Positions 32,201-41,351 of a stretch of DNA of 64,000 bases are shown here, in pieces (the first letter of the stretch is position 1; the number at the start of each line of letters is the position of its first letter). A program made the position numbers and the translations under genes. The stretch lies in IMG/VR virus record IMGVR_UViG_3300028571_000009; one strand, 5' to 3'. This stretch comes from a virus. The notes beneath the pieces are model-generated. The model saw nothing but the letters and a program-made list of their open reading frames with translations, was not told where the DNA came from and did not search any database.

Positions 32201-32424
32201 AAAAATATGGTACCAACCGTTCTATTAATGATAGAGACCCGTTAGGTCGTGAAGCGTGGCATAATGCGTCTAAAGAAAACAGACGCGATAAGTCTCGTGT
32301 AGAAGGTATTATGAAATCGTATAATCTTAAGCCACGCAAGAAAATCACAACACCATTAATCACTGAAACGATTAAGTCCGGTTCATTAATGGATGAAAAT
32401 TCCTTGTTAGATAGTGAAATGTAG
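29278..32424 (+). CDS. gp20: Portal protein (gp20-like) containing an intein
   Basis: ALDIYADE, YGDFY, YGKSMLE, MEDAMLIHRIMRAPERRVFNIDIGN, MLEDYYLPKRG, FARTIERIQ. Confidence 0.92.
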   Translation: MAEKSLYSRLKRIFSNNVIVRRIGKNELRVVDNDALQSSGNLNVSRYIDRFTRLHGVKAGTSTYNNNYNYYSAKTELYTDYEVMDMDSIINSALDIYADECLSGDTRIPLLDGSTSTIKELYDNNTTDIWLYGLDSDGTMKPTRASHVACNGVKPVYKLTLEDGTEIKCTDNHIWVNSFNNLIETKDIQVGDGIYALQTKLSDSPKMSGYLMIENGDGYEYVHRIVAQKDPILLEQRKTKNDSPVIHHSSFNKLNNRPDKLQWLNWVEHNKVHADFNRQIWSDKSIIHEYKDKIRAGHAKYWTQQRRKDVSIRQSAYMHKLMSSLSKEDRIDIYSHPGAKNGMYKNGDKVSGNKNGRYLHTAFRADQLSIPDFLRFVFDEKNVKSIGGKTANCRLVDLLSEYTNLPVLDTECAIVSTNICTYLKCDTIKKAGTYYFIQKNSRALSDIRERLLVSDTRRFSAICSQLSLDKHKVYSAIIGLGYKNLDAFINTSNHKVIGIEYVGEELVYDIVNAGDNHLFAIECNDGSKLFTHNCVMKDEFGQVLTIKSDDERIRKILDNLFFDILNVDFNLWPWVRNMCKYGDFYLKLDIQETIGIVNVVPMSSYEMVREEGSDPNNPYHVQFSNMNYKNIKWENFEVAHFRMLSDSNFLPYGKSMLEGARKVWKQLTLMEDAMLIHRIMRAPERRVFNIDIGNIPPNEVDGYMQKVINQMKKVPFVDERTGDYNLKFNLQNMLEDYYLPKRGQASGTSIESLPGMEFTGITDIEYLRNRMMAGLKVPKSFLGYEEGVSGKATLAAQDVRFARTIERIQRIIISELTKIAIVHLYSQGFEGIDMVNFEITMTSPSAIYEQEKIALWTSKTDLAKSIADGKLMPKEWVYENIWDFTDEQIEKIQAGNIEDAKQAFRMTSIEENGEDPANPVGAGAEDDAAAEDGGDEAAPAADDKESPAVDNPFKEEGVEVPKGGWPGAGRPKEPKKYGTNRSINDRDPLGREAWHNASKENRRDKSRVEGIMKSYNLKPRKKITTPLITETIKSGSLMDENSLLDSEM
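29578..30876 (+). mobile_element. Contiguous intein (433 aa) with HNH endonuclease
   Basis: CLSGDTRIPL start, CTDNHIW block B, VHRIVA...VIHH...NN...L...EH HNH pattern, VYDIV...LFTHN-C end. Confidence 0.92.
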
Positions 32425-32471
32425 AAATTGTATATATTTATATTAAATCATACTAACCGAAAGGTAAACTC

Positions 32472-33311
32472 ATGAAAAAACTCCGACATTCTAAATTTAA
32501 GAATACCGGTATTTTGTTTGAAATGTTAGTCAGACAAATTGCCGCAGATACACTTAACAATAAAAGTTCAAAGTCTATCGACCTTATAAAGAAGTACTTT
32601 AAACAAGGTACTGAGCTATCAAAAGAATTGGAGCTATATCAAACTCTAGTTAAAGAAAAATTCAACTCTGAATCGAAAGCTACACAATTATTAGAAGCAG
32701 TAGTTGCTTCACAAAGGCATTTGAATCAGTCAAACCTGAATAAGCAGAAATATAACTTAATTAGAGAAATACAAAAGAATTATATTATAGAAGATTTCTT
32801 CAAAGCAACCGTTTCTAATTATAAGGAATTAGCGTCTATATATAAAGTGTTCGAATATAATATGGCAGATAATCCGGCCGACATAACTAGAACTAGACAC
32901 ACAATCATTGAACATATTTCAGCTGTAGGTAAAAAGCCAGAAGTTGCACAATTATCTGAGTTCAGTAAACAAGATAAAGATATTAGATTATTAACATACA
33001 AACTATTAGTTGATAAGTTTAATACCAAATATTCAAACCTAGATACCGCTCAGAAGAATACTCTCCGTGAATACATAAATAATGTGAATAACACAGTAAC
33101 ATTAAAATCATTTGTATCCGCGCAGGTACCTAAAATGCAAGCTTTGATTAAAAAGTATTCAGCCAACGTTACCGATAAAGTAACTAAAATTAAACTAGCT
33201 GAAACGATTTCGTTATTAGAAAAACTAAAAACGGTTAAGGTTGTAAAAGATAATCACATCTTATCGATGTTACGTTATTACGAATTAATTAAAGAACTTA
33301 AAAAGGTATAA
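32472..33311 (+). CDS. Hypothetical head-module protein
   Basis: 279 aa helical ORF between portal and protease; TATTTATA at 32435. Confidence 0.7.
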   Translation: MKKLRHSKFKNTGILFEMLVRQIAADTLNNKSSKSIDLIKKYFKQGTELSKELELYQTLVKEKFNSESKATQLLEAVVASQRHLNQSNLNKQKYNLIREIQKNYIIEDFFKATVSNYKELASIYKVFEYNMADNPADITRTRHTIIEHISAVGKKPEVAQLSEFSKQDKDIRLLTYKLLVDKFNTKYSNLDTAQKNTLREYINNVNNTVTLKSFVSAQVPKMQALIKKYSANVTDKVTKIKLAETISLLEKLKTVKVVKDNHILSMLRYYELIKELKKV

Positions 33312-33608
33312 ATGGCAACAATAGATTCAGGGGACGGATATTCAAATGCATCAGCTAATAAGCGTGATGCTATCAACCGTAGAAACAATAGTACCGCAAT
33401 TCTTGTAACAACAGCTAATTCACCGTATACTGTATCAGGCAGCGTACCGACTAATATTGCATTGACATGTAATACAGGTACTGCGGGTACCGGTTCATTA
33501 TCAAGTGGTGGCACGATTAGCTTAGGGTCGCTGCAGGTAGGGGCTATTTATCCATTATCATTATCGAATGTTATAGTAACAGCAGGTTCGGTAAATCTAT
33601 TATACTAA
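33312..33608 (+). CDS. Small hypothetical protein
   Basis: 98 aa, S/T/G-rich. Confidence 0.6.
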   Translation: MATIDSGDGYSNASANKRDAINRRNNSTAILVTTANSPYTVSGSVPTNIALTCNTGTAGTGSLSSGGTISLGSLQVGAIYPLSLSNVIVTAGSVNLLY

Positions 33609-33610
33609 TT

Positions 33611-34201
33611 ATGGCGAAGTATTTAAACGAAATGATATCTAGAATTCGCTTAGACGAGAAAGAGCAACTACCCAAAGATATTTTAGCATCACAGGGGGTT
33701 GAAATAGATGATGAAGACCTTCAAGAAATGTCTGATTCATCAGGGGCGGGACCATATAGTACACCATTCGCCTTCGGTAAAGCATCAGATAAATCAATTG
33801 AATCGTTAGGATATAAGAAGGTTAAAAAGAAACCAGGTGTAAATGTAGTTAAAGAAGATTCTGAATTCATGAAAGTGTCTAAACAAATGCACTTGACTGA
33901 GGTATCTTATAAAGATTACAAGAATGACCCAACCAGCTCTTCTAAATTTAAGTTGAATAACGCAATTAAGGAAATTAATAGCAGATTATTTCAAGTAGAG
34001 CGATATCTTAAGCAGAATCGTAAACTAAAAGAGGAGGAAAATTTAGGAACGGATGAATATTGGAAATCAACTGCACATAAATTAGTTAAAATGAACGAGC
34101 GAGTTCGCAATTTATATAAAGAAATTAAGAATTTTGGACTAGAAGAAGTTATGAAACAAATTCAAGAAGCTGAGCAATTAGCTCAAGAATCTAAAAGATA
34201 A
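33611..34201 (+). CDS. Hypothetical head-module protein (possible prohead core component)
   Basis: 196 aa with several (L/V)xE sites; immediately upstream of the protease. Confidence 0.6.
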   Translation: MAKYLNEMISRIRLDEKEQLPKDILASQGVEIDDEDLQEMSDSSGAGPYSTPFAFGKASDKSIESLGYKKVKKKPGVNVVKEDSEFMKVSKQMHLTEVSYKDYKNDPTSSSKFKLNNAIKEINSRLFQVERYLKQNRKLKEEENLGTDEYWKSTAHKLVKMNERVRNLYKEIKNFGLEEVMKQIQEAEQLAQESKR

Positions 34202-34205
34202 AATT

Positions 34206-34811
34206 ATGAAGCAATTACTCGTAGATTATTTACCATTTCAAATAAGCCCGCAACAGATTAATGAAGCGATGGCCCAAAACGGTGGCCGGTTACTCGTAAA
34301 AGGTATTTTACAACGTGCGGACGCGGAAAACCAAAATGGTAGAAGATATCCTAGACCGATATTGCAACGTGAAGCGGTAAAATATACCGAGTCAATTAAG
34401 CAACGCCGTGCATTAGGGGAATTAGACCACCCAGATTCTGCGGTGGTCAATCTTAATAATGTATCACACAATATTATTGAGATGCATTGGGACGGTAATG
34501 ATTTATTAGGAACTGTAGAAGTATTGACTACACCTGCAGGAAACATATTACGTGAGCTATTCAAGGCGGGAATTACCTTAGGTATTTCTTCAAGAGGAAT
34601 GGGCTCCGTTAAGGAATTAGGTGAGGGAAAGGTTGAAGTTCAAGAAGATTTTGATTTGATAGCGTTTGATTTTGTATCGAACCCATCAACTCAAGGTGCG
34701 TTCTTAAGACCGATTCACGAATCAGTAAGTAAGGGTGGAATAATTACACCGGCAGCAAATAAGTATGGAGTAATTAACCGATTAATCACGGATATTTTAT
34801 CAGACTTCTAA
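34206..34811 (+). CDS. gp21: Prohead core protease (gp21-like)
   Basis: NQNGRRYP, ALGELDHP, GISSRGMGS and DFVSNPS motifs. Confidence 0.93.
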   Translation: MKQLLVDYLPFQISPQQINEAMAQNGGRLLVKGILQRADAENQNGRRYPRPILQREAVKYTESIKQRRALGELDHPDSAVVNLNNVSHNIIEMHWDGNDLLGTVEVLTTPAGNILRELFKAGITLGISSRGMGSVKELGEGKVEVQEDFDLIAFDFVSNPSTQGAFLRPIHESVSKGGIITPAANKYGVINRLITDILSDF

Positions 34812-35263
34812 TGAAAGTAACTCAATTCAGACAATTAATACGAGAAGAAATTAAAAAAGTTCTCAACGAATCAAACCACGTTATAACGGAAGGAGAATCA
34901 GCCGAACTAGAGAAGCTCTTCGCGAAGTTGGTACCGCCATCGGGCCCTGCTAAAACGGAAGAAGGCGAATTAGTTAGAGCTATTATGCGAATATGGTATC
35001 GTTACACAAACGATGGCGATTATTGGTTTAAAGGATACGGTAGAGAAACCGCAGGCCCGACACGTAAATGGTTAGCGAGTGAATCACCATTAGCAAGCGA
35101 AATGCGCAGCATACTTAAGGTGGTATCGTTACCACGCGGTTCCGCAGAATACGGTAGCAATGACCCGTATATGAAATCAATCAAACAGGCCGCAGCTGTT
35201 ATTGTTAAGTATGTGAATTCAAAAGGAAAAAATTTAACACCTAATACGGGTGACAGTAGATAA
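34811..35263 (+). CDS. Hypothetical protein with LIREE leader
   Basis: MKVTQFRQLIREEIKKVLNE N-terminus. Confidence 0.7.
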   Translation: MKVTQFRQLIREEIKKVLNESNHVITEGESAELEKLFAKLVPPSGPAKTEEGELVRAIMRIWYRYTNDGDYWFKGYGRETAGPTRKWLASESPLASEMRSILKVVSLPRGSAEYGSNDPYMKSIKQAAAVIVKYVNSKGKNLTPNTGDSR

Positions 35264-35275
35264 AAAATAAATAAT

Positions 35276-35707
35276 ATGCCAGCAGTATCAAAATCACAAC
35301 AAGCACTATTCGGACTTGTAAAAGCCGTTAAAGCAGGTAAAGTAACCCCAGGTAAAGTATCTAAGAATGTTAGAGACATTGCCAAGGATATGTCATCAAA
35401 AGAAATAAATAAATTTGCTAAAACCAAAACAAAAGAACTTCCCGATAAAACGAAAGAAGTTAAAAAGGAATCATCTGGTAAGCTGGGTGATATGGCTAAG
35501 GAAATTACGGGTAAGAAGTCGGTTAAGGACGCAGACACATCAATACCGAAAGCAAATATTCATCCGTGGGTAGCAAATGCTATGGAAGAACTAAATAATA
35601 CTCTAGAATTATACTTATCACCGAAAGCTAATACAAAAGTTGATTGGCAATTATTGAAGAGTCATATGAATGACTTAACGAAACAAATAAACAAATTTCA
35701 TAAATAA
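35276..35707 (+). CDS. Basic hypothetical protein
   Basis: MPAVSKSQQ...MSSKEINKFAKTK Lys-rich N-terminal module. Confidence 0.7.
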   Translation: MPAVSKSQQALFGLVKAVKAGKVTPGKVSKNVRDIAKDMSSKEINKFAKTKTKELPDKTKEVKKESSGKLGDMAKEITGKKSVKDADTSIPKANIHPWVANAMEELNNTLELYLSPKANTKVDWQLLKSHMNDLTKQINKFHK

Positions 35708-35708
35708 T

Positions 35709-36236
35709 ATGAAAAAGAAACCAATAAAAGAATCGAAAGGTGTTTGGGGTATTGTCACACCTAAAGCATTAAATAATCCAAAACGGATTAGCTTATCAGA
35801 ATTAGCTAAGGAAACTTGGGAACCAAAACAGGAAGCTCCGCAATTATCTCCAGAAGATAAGAAAGCGTTCATGGAAGCTATCAATAATTTCGGCGGATTA
35901 AGTTCTGCTATATATAGAGAACAGACCCTTCAAGAAATTACTGAGAAAATCAAATCAATTGTAGAGCAAGCCGCACATGTAACTGTAACCGAAACAGAAG
36001 ATTGGTTCGATAGAGTTACTGTACAACGCCATATGAAACAATTGGGTGAATCATATAAAACCTTTGAAAAGACAGCTAAACAATTATCAGAATTACAACA
36101 ACGCTTAGAAGCATGTTATGAAGACATTGGTAGTACGTTAGGTAGATACTATAAGATAAATGAATTTGAACAAAAACCGGAAGATACTAATATGTCTGAT
36201 ATGGTTAAAGAAAACAAAGTAAAAAAACGTAGATAA
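35709..36236 (+). CDS. Hypothetical coiled-coil protein
   Basis: 175 aa helical ORF before a terminator. Confidence 0.7.
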   Translation: MKKKPIKESKGVWGIVTPKALNNPKRISLSELAKETWEPKQEAPQLSPEDKKAFMEAINNFGGLSSAIYREQTLQEITEKIKSIVEQAAHVTVTETEDWFDRVTVQRHMKQLGESYKTFEKTAKQLSELQQRLEACYEDIGSTLGRYYKINEFEQKPEDTNMSDMVKENKVKKRR

Positions 36237-36256
36237 CCGATATTCACTAGATTTAT

Positions 36257-36286
36257 AAAAGCAACTCTTAACCGGGTTGCTTTTTT
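36257..36286 (+). terminator. Intrinsic terminator
   Basis: AAAAGCAACTC-TTAACC-GGGTTGCTTTTTT hairpin with U-tract after the gene ending at 36236. Confidence 0.8.
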
Positions 36287-36340
36287 CATGCACGAAATAA
36301 AAAAGTTTACCGAAAGGTCCATCCACGCGATTTTCATCTA

Positions 36341-36416
36341 TATTTATTTCTGTAATACCTTACGAAAGACACTCTCTCCAAATGTAAGGTTAACAAACTA
36401 TTATTATCTATTTATA
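36341..36416 (+). promoter_or_regulatory. Tandem putative late-promoter motifs upstream of scaffold/capsid
   Basis: TATTTATT at 36341 and TATTTATA at 36409. Confidence 0.6.
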
Positions 36417-36458
36417 GTTTCTGAATAACTATATTTCCAAAAAAAAATTTAAGGAAAA

Positions 36459-37403
36459 ATGAAAGACTTATTAAAAGAGGCAATTGCCGATGCCAAAGCT
36501 GTACGTGAGACCGCTTTGCAAAATGCGAAAATCGCATTAGAAGAAGCATTCACTCCTAGATTGCAGTCAATCATCTCAAGCCAGCTTCAGAAAGAAGAAG
36601 AAGGCGCTGATGACGAAATGCAAGACGAAGATGATGTTGATTCAACCGAAGAAGCACCCGTTGAGGATGCTCCGGTAGAAGATGAAGTAGCAACCGACGA
36701 CGAATCATCAGAAGAATATTCTGAAGATGAAACCGGAGAAGGTGAAGCTCAAGAAGAAGAAGATGTTGATTTAGAAGAAATCATCCGCGAATTAGAAGGA
36801 AGCGATGACGAGAATGTTGATGACTTAGAAGAACTTGATTCTTCAGCCGTTGGTAGTGCTCCGAATAAAGCCCCGTCAAAAGACGCTAGTGATTCATCAG
36901 AAGATGGTGAAGATATTGATTTATTCGAAGATGACATGGAAGGTACCGAAGATGTAGCAGATGATGAGGAAGTTGATTTAGATGAAGTTATTCGTTCTCT
37001 TCGTGAAGAAGATGAAGTAGCTCCGGAAGAAGATACAAAAGAAGAAGAATTAGAAGAAGCATATAATGTTATTCGTTTCTTGAAAGATAAAATCAATGAA
37101 GTGAATTTACTTAATGCAAAACTTCTTTATTCAAACAAATTGTTTAAATCGTATGATTTGAACGAGGGACAAAAAATGAAGGTTATCGAAAATTTCGACA
37201 GAGCTCATTCAATGCGTGAAGTGAAATTAGTTTATACAACATTAGCTGAATCGTTCCGTGGACCTGCAGGTAGCAAAAGAATCGTAAAAGAATCATTTGC
37301 AAGTAAACCAGTAGCATCTACTAAACCAAATAGTAAAAATGTATTGACTGAAGGAGCAACGCAAGCATTGAGATTCCAGAAATTAGCCGGTCTTATTAAA
37401 TAA
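36459..37403 (+). CDS. Prohead scaffolding protein (gp22-like)
   Basis: Very acidic centre, C-terminal coiled coil, position between protease and capsid genes. Confidence 0.8.
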   Translation: MKDLLKEAIADAKAVRETALQNAKIALEEAFTPRLQSIISSQLQKEEEGADDEMQDEDDVDSTEEAPVEDAPVEDEVATDDESSEEYSEDETGEGEAQEEEDVDLEEIIRELEGSDDENVDDLEELDSSAVGSAPNKAPSKDASDSSEDGEDIDLFEDDMEGTEDVADDEEVDLDEVIRSLREEDEVAPEEDTKEEELEEAYNVIRFLKDKINEVNLLNAKLLYSNKLFKSYDLNEGQKMKVIENFDRAHSMREVKLVYTTLAESFRGPAGSKRIVKESFASKPVASTKPNSKNVLTEGATQALRFQKLAGLIK

Positions 37404-37435
37404 TTTTTTAAAAAACAAAAAACAATTTTTTCAAT

Positions 37436-39097
37436 ATGAAAAACGTTAAATCACTCTTAACCAACACTGACTCGACATACCGTCAGCAATTGAGCGAGAC
37501 CAAAGGTCTTGTTACAAAATGGGAAGATACCGGTCTATTAGAAGGCTTGACAGCTGAATATGACCGTCATGGTATGGCAATTATGCTTGAGAACCAAGCT
37601 AAACAATTAGTTCAAGAAGCGAATGCAACAGGAACTGGTGGAAACTCTGAACAATGGGCTGGCGTAGCTCTTCCATTGGTAAGACGTATCTTTGCTGAAA
37701 TTTCTGCAAAAGAGTTCGTTAGTGTACAACCGATGAATTTACCTTCCGGCCTTGTATTCTACCTTGACTTTAAATTTGGAACAGCAGTAGCCGGTTTTAA
37801 TACAACCAATACTAGCAATGACCCTACTAAAGCTGGTTACCAAAACAACTCTATCTTTGGTGTTACTCAAGACGCTAACGTAGACGCCTCTAAAGGTCTT
37901 TACGGAGCAGGTCGTTTCGGGTATTCATCTAACGATACAGTAGCTATCGATATCGGTGTATCCGGTTCATACACACCATCGTCCGCTGTATTCGCAAACG
38001 TGACTGCCGCGAACCAAACAACAGATATTAACTTTGATTCTAAATTCTCTGCCTCGTTTACCGCGGGACACATTCAGAAAATCACTGTTTCTACCGCGTC
38101 ATTCACTAATCCAGACCTTAAAGGTGTTCGTGCATTTGTAATCAGCGGCTCAGGTATTGTTACTACGTTCCCTCAGTTTACCAGTTATAACTCGACAGCG
38201 GAAACAATTTCGTTTATCGTATCCGGTTCTGCATCGACTGCAGCATTGTATACCGCAGGCGTTACTTACTTCAAGCAACCGACTGCAACTGGCCGTGGTG
38301 ATTTTGAAGACCAAAGCTCTGGTACTAGTACTACAGACTTAGTGATTCCTGAAATCAACGTAGAATTGAGAAGTGATACAATCACTGCTAAGACTAAAAA
38401 GTTAAAAGCTATCTGGACACCAGAGTTTGCTCAAGACTTGAACGCTTATCACTCAATTGACGCTGAAGCGGAGTTGACTTCGATGTTATCTGAGTATGTA
38501 TCTATGGAAATCGACCTTGAAATCCTTGATATGTTGATTCAAAACGCTGTAACAACAGAATATTGGTCAACACAAGTAGGTGAGTACTGGAACGGTTCCG
38601 GATTTACTTCGGATTCAGCAACCAATGCAGCATCTGCATACAACCAAGGACAATGGTTCCAAACATTAGGAACTAAAATCCAAAAGGTTTCTAACAAAAT
38701 TCACCAAAAGACAATGCGTGGTGGTGCGAACTTCTTAGTATGTTCTCCAGACGTAGCTACTATCCTTGAATCTATTCCAGGATATGCAGCAGACACTAAT
38801 GGTGATAAATCACAATTTGCAATGGGTGTACAAAAGACCGGTTTGTTAAATAGCCGTTTCACTGTATACAAGAACCCATACATGTTGGAAAACACAATCC
38901 TATTGGGATACCGTGGTGCTCAGTTCCTTGAAACAGGTGCTGTATACGCCCCATATATTCCGTTGATTATGACTCCGCTTGTTTATGACCCGACTAACTT
39001 TACCCCTCGTAAGGGAGTTATGACGCGTTATGCGAAAAAGGTTGTGAGACCAGAATTTTATGGTAGAATCTACGTTAAGGGTTTGACAGCACTTTAA
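37436..39097 (+). CDS. gp23: Major capsid protein (gp23-like)
   Basis: LPLVRR, VQPMNLPSGLVF, KTKKLKAIWTPEFAQDLNAYHSIDAEAEL, YAPYIPL, PRKGVMTRYA. Confidence 0.95.
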   Translation: MKNVKSLLTNTDSTYRQQLSETKGLVTKWEDTGLLEGLTAEYDRHGMAIMLENQAKQLVQEANATGTGGNSEQWAGVALPLVRRIFAEISAKEFVSVQPMNLPSGLVFYLDFKFGTAVAGFNTTNTSNDPTKAGYQNNSIFGVTQDANVDASKGLYGAGRFGYSSNDTVAIDIGVSGSYTPSSAVFANVTAANQTTDINFDSKFSASFTAGHIQKITVSTASFTNPDLKGVRAFVISGSGIVTTFPQFTSYNSTAETISFIVSGSASTAALYTAGVTYFKQPTATGRGDFEDQSSGTSTTDLVIPEINVELRSDTITAKTKKLKAIWTPEFAQDLNAYHSIDAEAELTSMLSEYVSMEIDLEILDMLIQNAVTTEYWSTQVGEYWNGSGFTSDSATNAASAYNQGQWFQTLGTKIQKVSNKIHQKTMRGGANFLVCSPDVATILESIPGYAADTNGDKSQFAMGVQKTGLLNSRFTVYKNPYMLENTILLGYRGAQFLETGAVYAPYIPLIMTPLVYDPTNFTPRKGVMTRYAKKVVRPEFYGRIYVKGLTAL

Positions 39098-39126
39098 TTA
39101 GTGTAGTAAATCTTTAAGATACAAAT

Positions 39127-39153
39127 GAAAGGCCCTCAAAAGGGGCCTTTCTT
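39127..39153 (+). terminator. Intrinsic terminator after the capsid gene
   Basis: GAAAGGCCCT-CAAAA-GGGGCCTTTC followed by TT. Confidence 0.75.
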
Positions 39154-39207
39154 CATGTACGGTCTCTAGAAATTAATTCCTAGTAACTATAGATATTATG
39201 AATAAAA

Positions 39208-39231
39208 TTTCATATATTTATTAATATGAAA
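39208..39231 (+). promoter_or_regulatory. Short hairpin covering the AUG, with the promoter-like motif at the loop
   Basis: TTTCATAT(39208-15) pairs with ATATGAAA(39224-31); TATTTATT at 39215; stem is AU-rich and weak. Confidence 0.4.
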
Positions 39232-40977
39232 GAATATTTAAAGAAATGTAGTTACTGCAATTACAAATGGAATGGTGGACACGATAGAAATAAACATTTA
39301 AAATCTGCCCATAATAAAGCGTTTTCGGATTACATTATAGAATTTGTATATAATGGTATACAACCGAAATGCAAGTGCGGCTGTGGTCATGATATGAAAT
39401 TTAAGAATTTCGCAGAAGGTCCATGGTTTAACGAATACACCAAGAATCACTTCCCACATCAGAAACATACTTTAGCCACTAGAGCAAAAATACGAACGGG
39501 TGTAGTAACGACCTTTCAGAAAAAGTATGGGGTAGATAATGTATTTATTTTAAAATCTGTTCAACAGAAATCAGCAGCGACTAAATTAGAAAGGTATGGT
39601 AATTCAAATTATAATAATCAATCTAAACATTCGCAGACATTACTGGATACCTACGGGGTATCGAATAGTCGGTATTTAGTTAAAAATGTTAAGACATCAA
39701 AAATTGAAAATATCGTAATAGATGCATTATCAAGATTACACCCGGAGCTGGAATCTAGACCCATAATTAATAGTAAACAATTTGATTTTAAGATTGGTAA
39801 TGAAATTTTTGAGATAGATGGTAGATATTATCACCCCAGTTCTATAACGAATTGTACAATCACGCAGCTGAATAATATTATTAATGATGCCGCAAAAGTT
39901 GCGATAATTAAATTATTACCGGAATTCAAATTACATAAAATTCGCGCGGAGCAAATAGACAAAAATAATATTAGTATCGATTCGATATTATCAAAAGAAT
40001 ATATGCCCGACCATTCGTTTGATTTTTATACTAAGATAGTTGCCGCGGCTTATTTTTCAAATTATATATCAACAAAAGGTATAGCTAAGCTTAAACGATA
40101 TATACCGTTGTTTCTCAAGTTCATTAGAACGTTCCAACCGACCCTACCAGATACTACCACCGATGAAACTTTAGATTATTGTTTAGATATTGCAAAAAAT
40201 ACAAAATTACAAATTGATGGTAATACAATATTTCATAATAAACATTCACATATAGGTAATGGTTATCTAAAAAGCCAATTCAAATCATATTGGAAAAGCT
40301 CCTATGGTAAGAATAAATCTCCATACGACGCATGGCTTGATGATGAATTAATGAGTAAGATTATTGAATACAGAATTGGATGCAATGATTCTAATGAAGT
40401 ATTTGATTTTTCAATGCACCAAATGATGCGAGGTATATCCGCTCGAAGAATATCCGTTTCGTTTTTTAAGCCGACGTTAGCTGCCGGCATATATGAACAT
40501 TTCTTAGGTAATATTGATTCACCGACAGTATTAGACCCGTGTGCGGGCTTTGGTGGTAGAATGCTGGGCTTTTATAGCAAGTATCCTGCCGGGGTGTATA
40601 TTGGTATAGAACCAAATACGGCGACGTTTAATGAGCTTGTAGAGCTTAATAAGAGCTTGGGTAAAAAGAGCATTTTAATTAATGATTTATACGAAAATGT
40701 GGATATTTCAAAATATGATTATGATTTAGCATTTACATCGATTCCGTATTGGGATACCGAAATATATTCAGAAGACCATACAAAGTATTATGCTGATTAT
40801 ACTGATTGGGTGAATAAATTTTTAAGTAGAATTAAAAATACACCTAGAATGTTAGTTAATATACCGGATGCGATTAAGCCTGAATTTCTTGATTGTAATG
40901 ACTTATATTCTATTCAGATGAATACGTCACATTTCAGTTCCGTTAATTCTAAACAAGAATGGCTCGTTAAGTTATAA
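39226..40977 (+). CDS. Zinc-finger/Vsr-like endonuclease fused to a DNA methyltransferase domain
   Basis: CSYC...H...H and CKCGCG; FDFKIGNEIFEIDGRYYH nuclease motif; VLDPCAGFGGR (motif I) and AFTSIPY (motif IV-like). Confidence 0.75.
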   Translation: MKEYLKKCSYCNYKWNGGHDRNKHLKSAHNKAFSDYIIEFVYNGIQPKCKCGCGHDMKFKNFAEGPWFNEYTKNHFPHQKHTLATRAKIRTGVVTTFQKKYGVDNVFILKSVQQKSAATKLERYGNSNYNNQSKHSQTLLDTYGVSNSRYLVKNVKTSKIENIVIDALSRLHPELESRPIINSKQFDFKIGNEIFEIDGRYYHPSSITNCTITQLNNIINDAAKVAIIKLLPEFKLHKIRAEQIDKNNISIDSILSKEYMPDHSFDFYTKIVAAAYFSNYISTKGIAKLKRYIPLFLKFIRTFQPTLPDTTTDETLDYCLDIAKNTKLQIDGNTIFHNKHSHIGNGYLKSQFKSYWKSSYGKNKSPYDAWLDDELMSKIIEYRIGCNDSNEVFDFSMHQMMRGISARRISVSFFKPTLAAGIYEHFLGNIDSPTVLDPCAGFGGRMLGFYSKYPAGVYIGIEPNTATFNELVELNKSLGKKSILINDLYENVDISKYDYDLAFTSIPYWDTEIYSEDHTKYYADYTDWVNKFLSRIKNTPRMLVNIPDAIKPEFLDCNDLYSIQMNTSHFSSVNSKQEWLVKL

Positions 40978-41012
40978 TTGGTAGATATTTATTAAGAAAT
41001 AATACACTAATC

Positions 41013-41291
41013 ATGAAAGTATCAGCATTCAAGAAACTAATAAGAGAAGAAGTTAAAAAAGTGGTTACAGAATTTGATGGAAAGGCCCATGACGCTTCCG
41101 TAAGTAAAGAAACTATATTCGCGGAGTATGATATGTTAGTTAACAAGTTCGGTGATTTGTTAAGTGATGCCTTTGAATTTAATCAAAATATTAAAGGTAA
41201 AGTACTTCCGGCTGAATATAATAAAGTCGCATTAGCTTTAAAGAAAATTCGAGACGGTGTTTATGTATTACAAGATGCTCTACCTAGTTAA
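41013..41291 (+). CDS. Small protein with LIREE leader
   Basis: MKVSAFKKLIREEVKKVVTE. Confidence 0.7.
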   Translation: MKVSAFKKLIREEVKKVVTEFDGKAHDASVSKETIFAEYDMLVNKFGDLLSDAFEFNQNIKGKVLPAEYNKVALALKKIRDGVYVLQDALPS

Positions 41292-41351
41292 TAATCGCCG
41301 CTCTTAGCACTCATTTTACACATAATTTCACGTTCTTAAAATACTGTTACA

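Noticed and set aside
36600-37070. GAAGAA/GATGAA-rich repeats
   Set aside because: They simply encode the acidic scaffold region
41304-41330. CIRCE-like TTAGCACTC (and TAGCACTCATTT repeated at 57832)
   Set aside because: Only a half-site, with no GAGTGCTAA after 9 nt; a 12-mer match is plausible by chance
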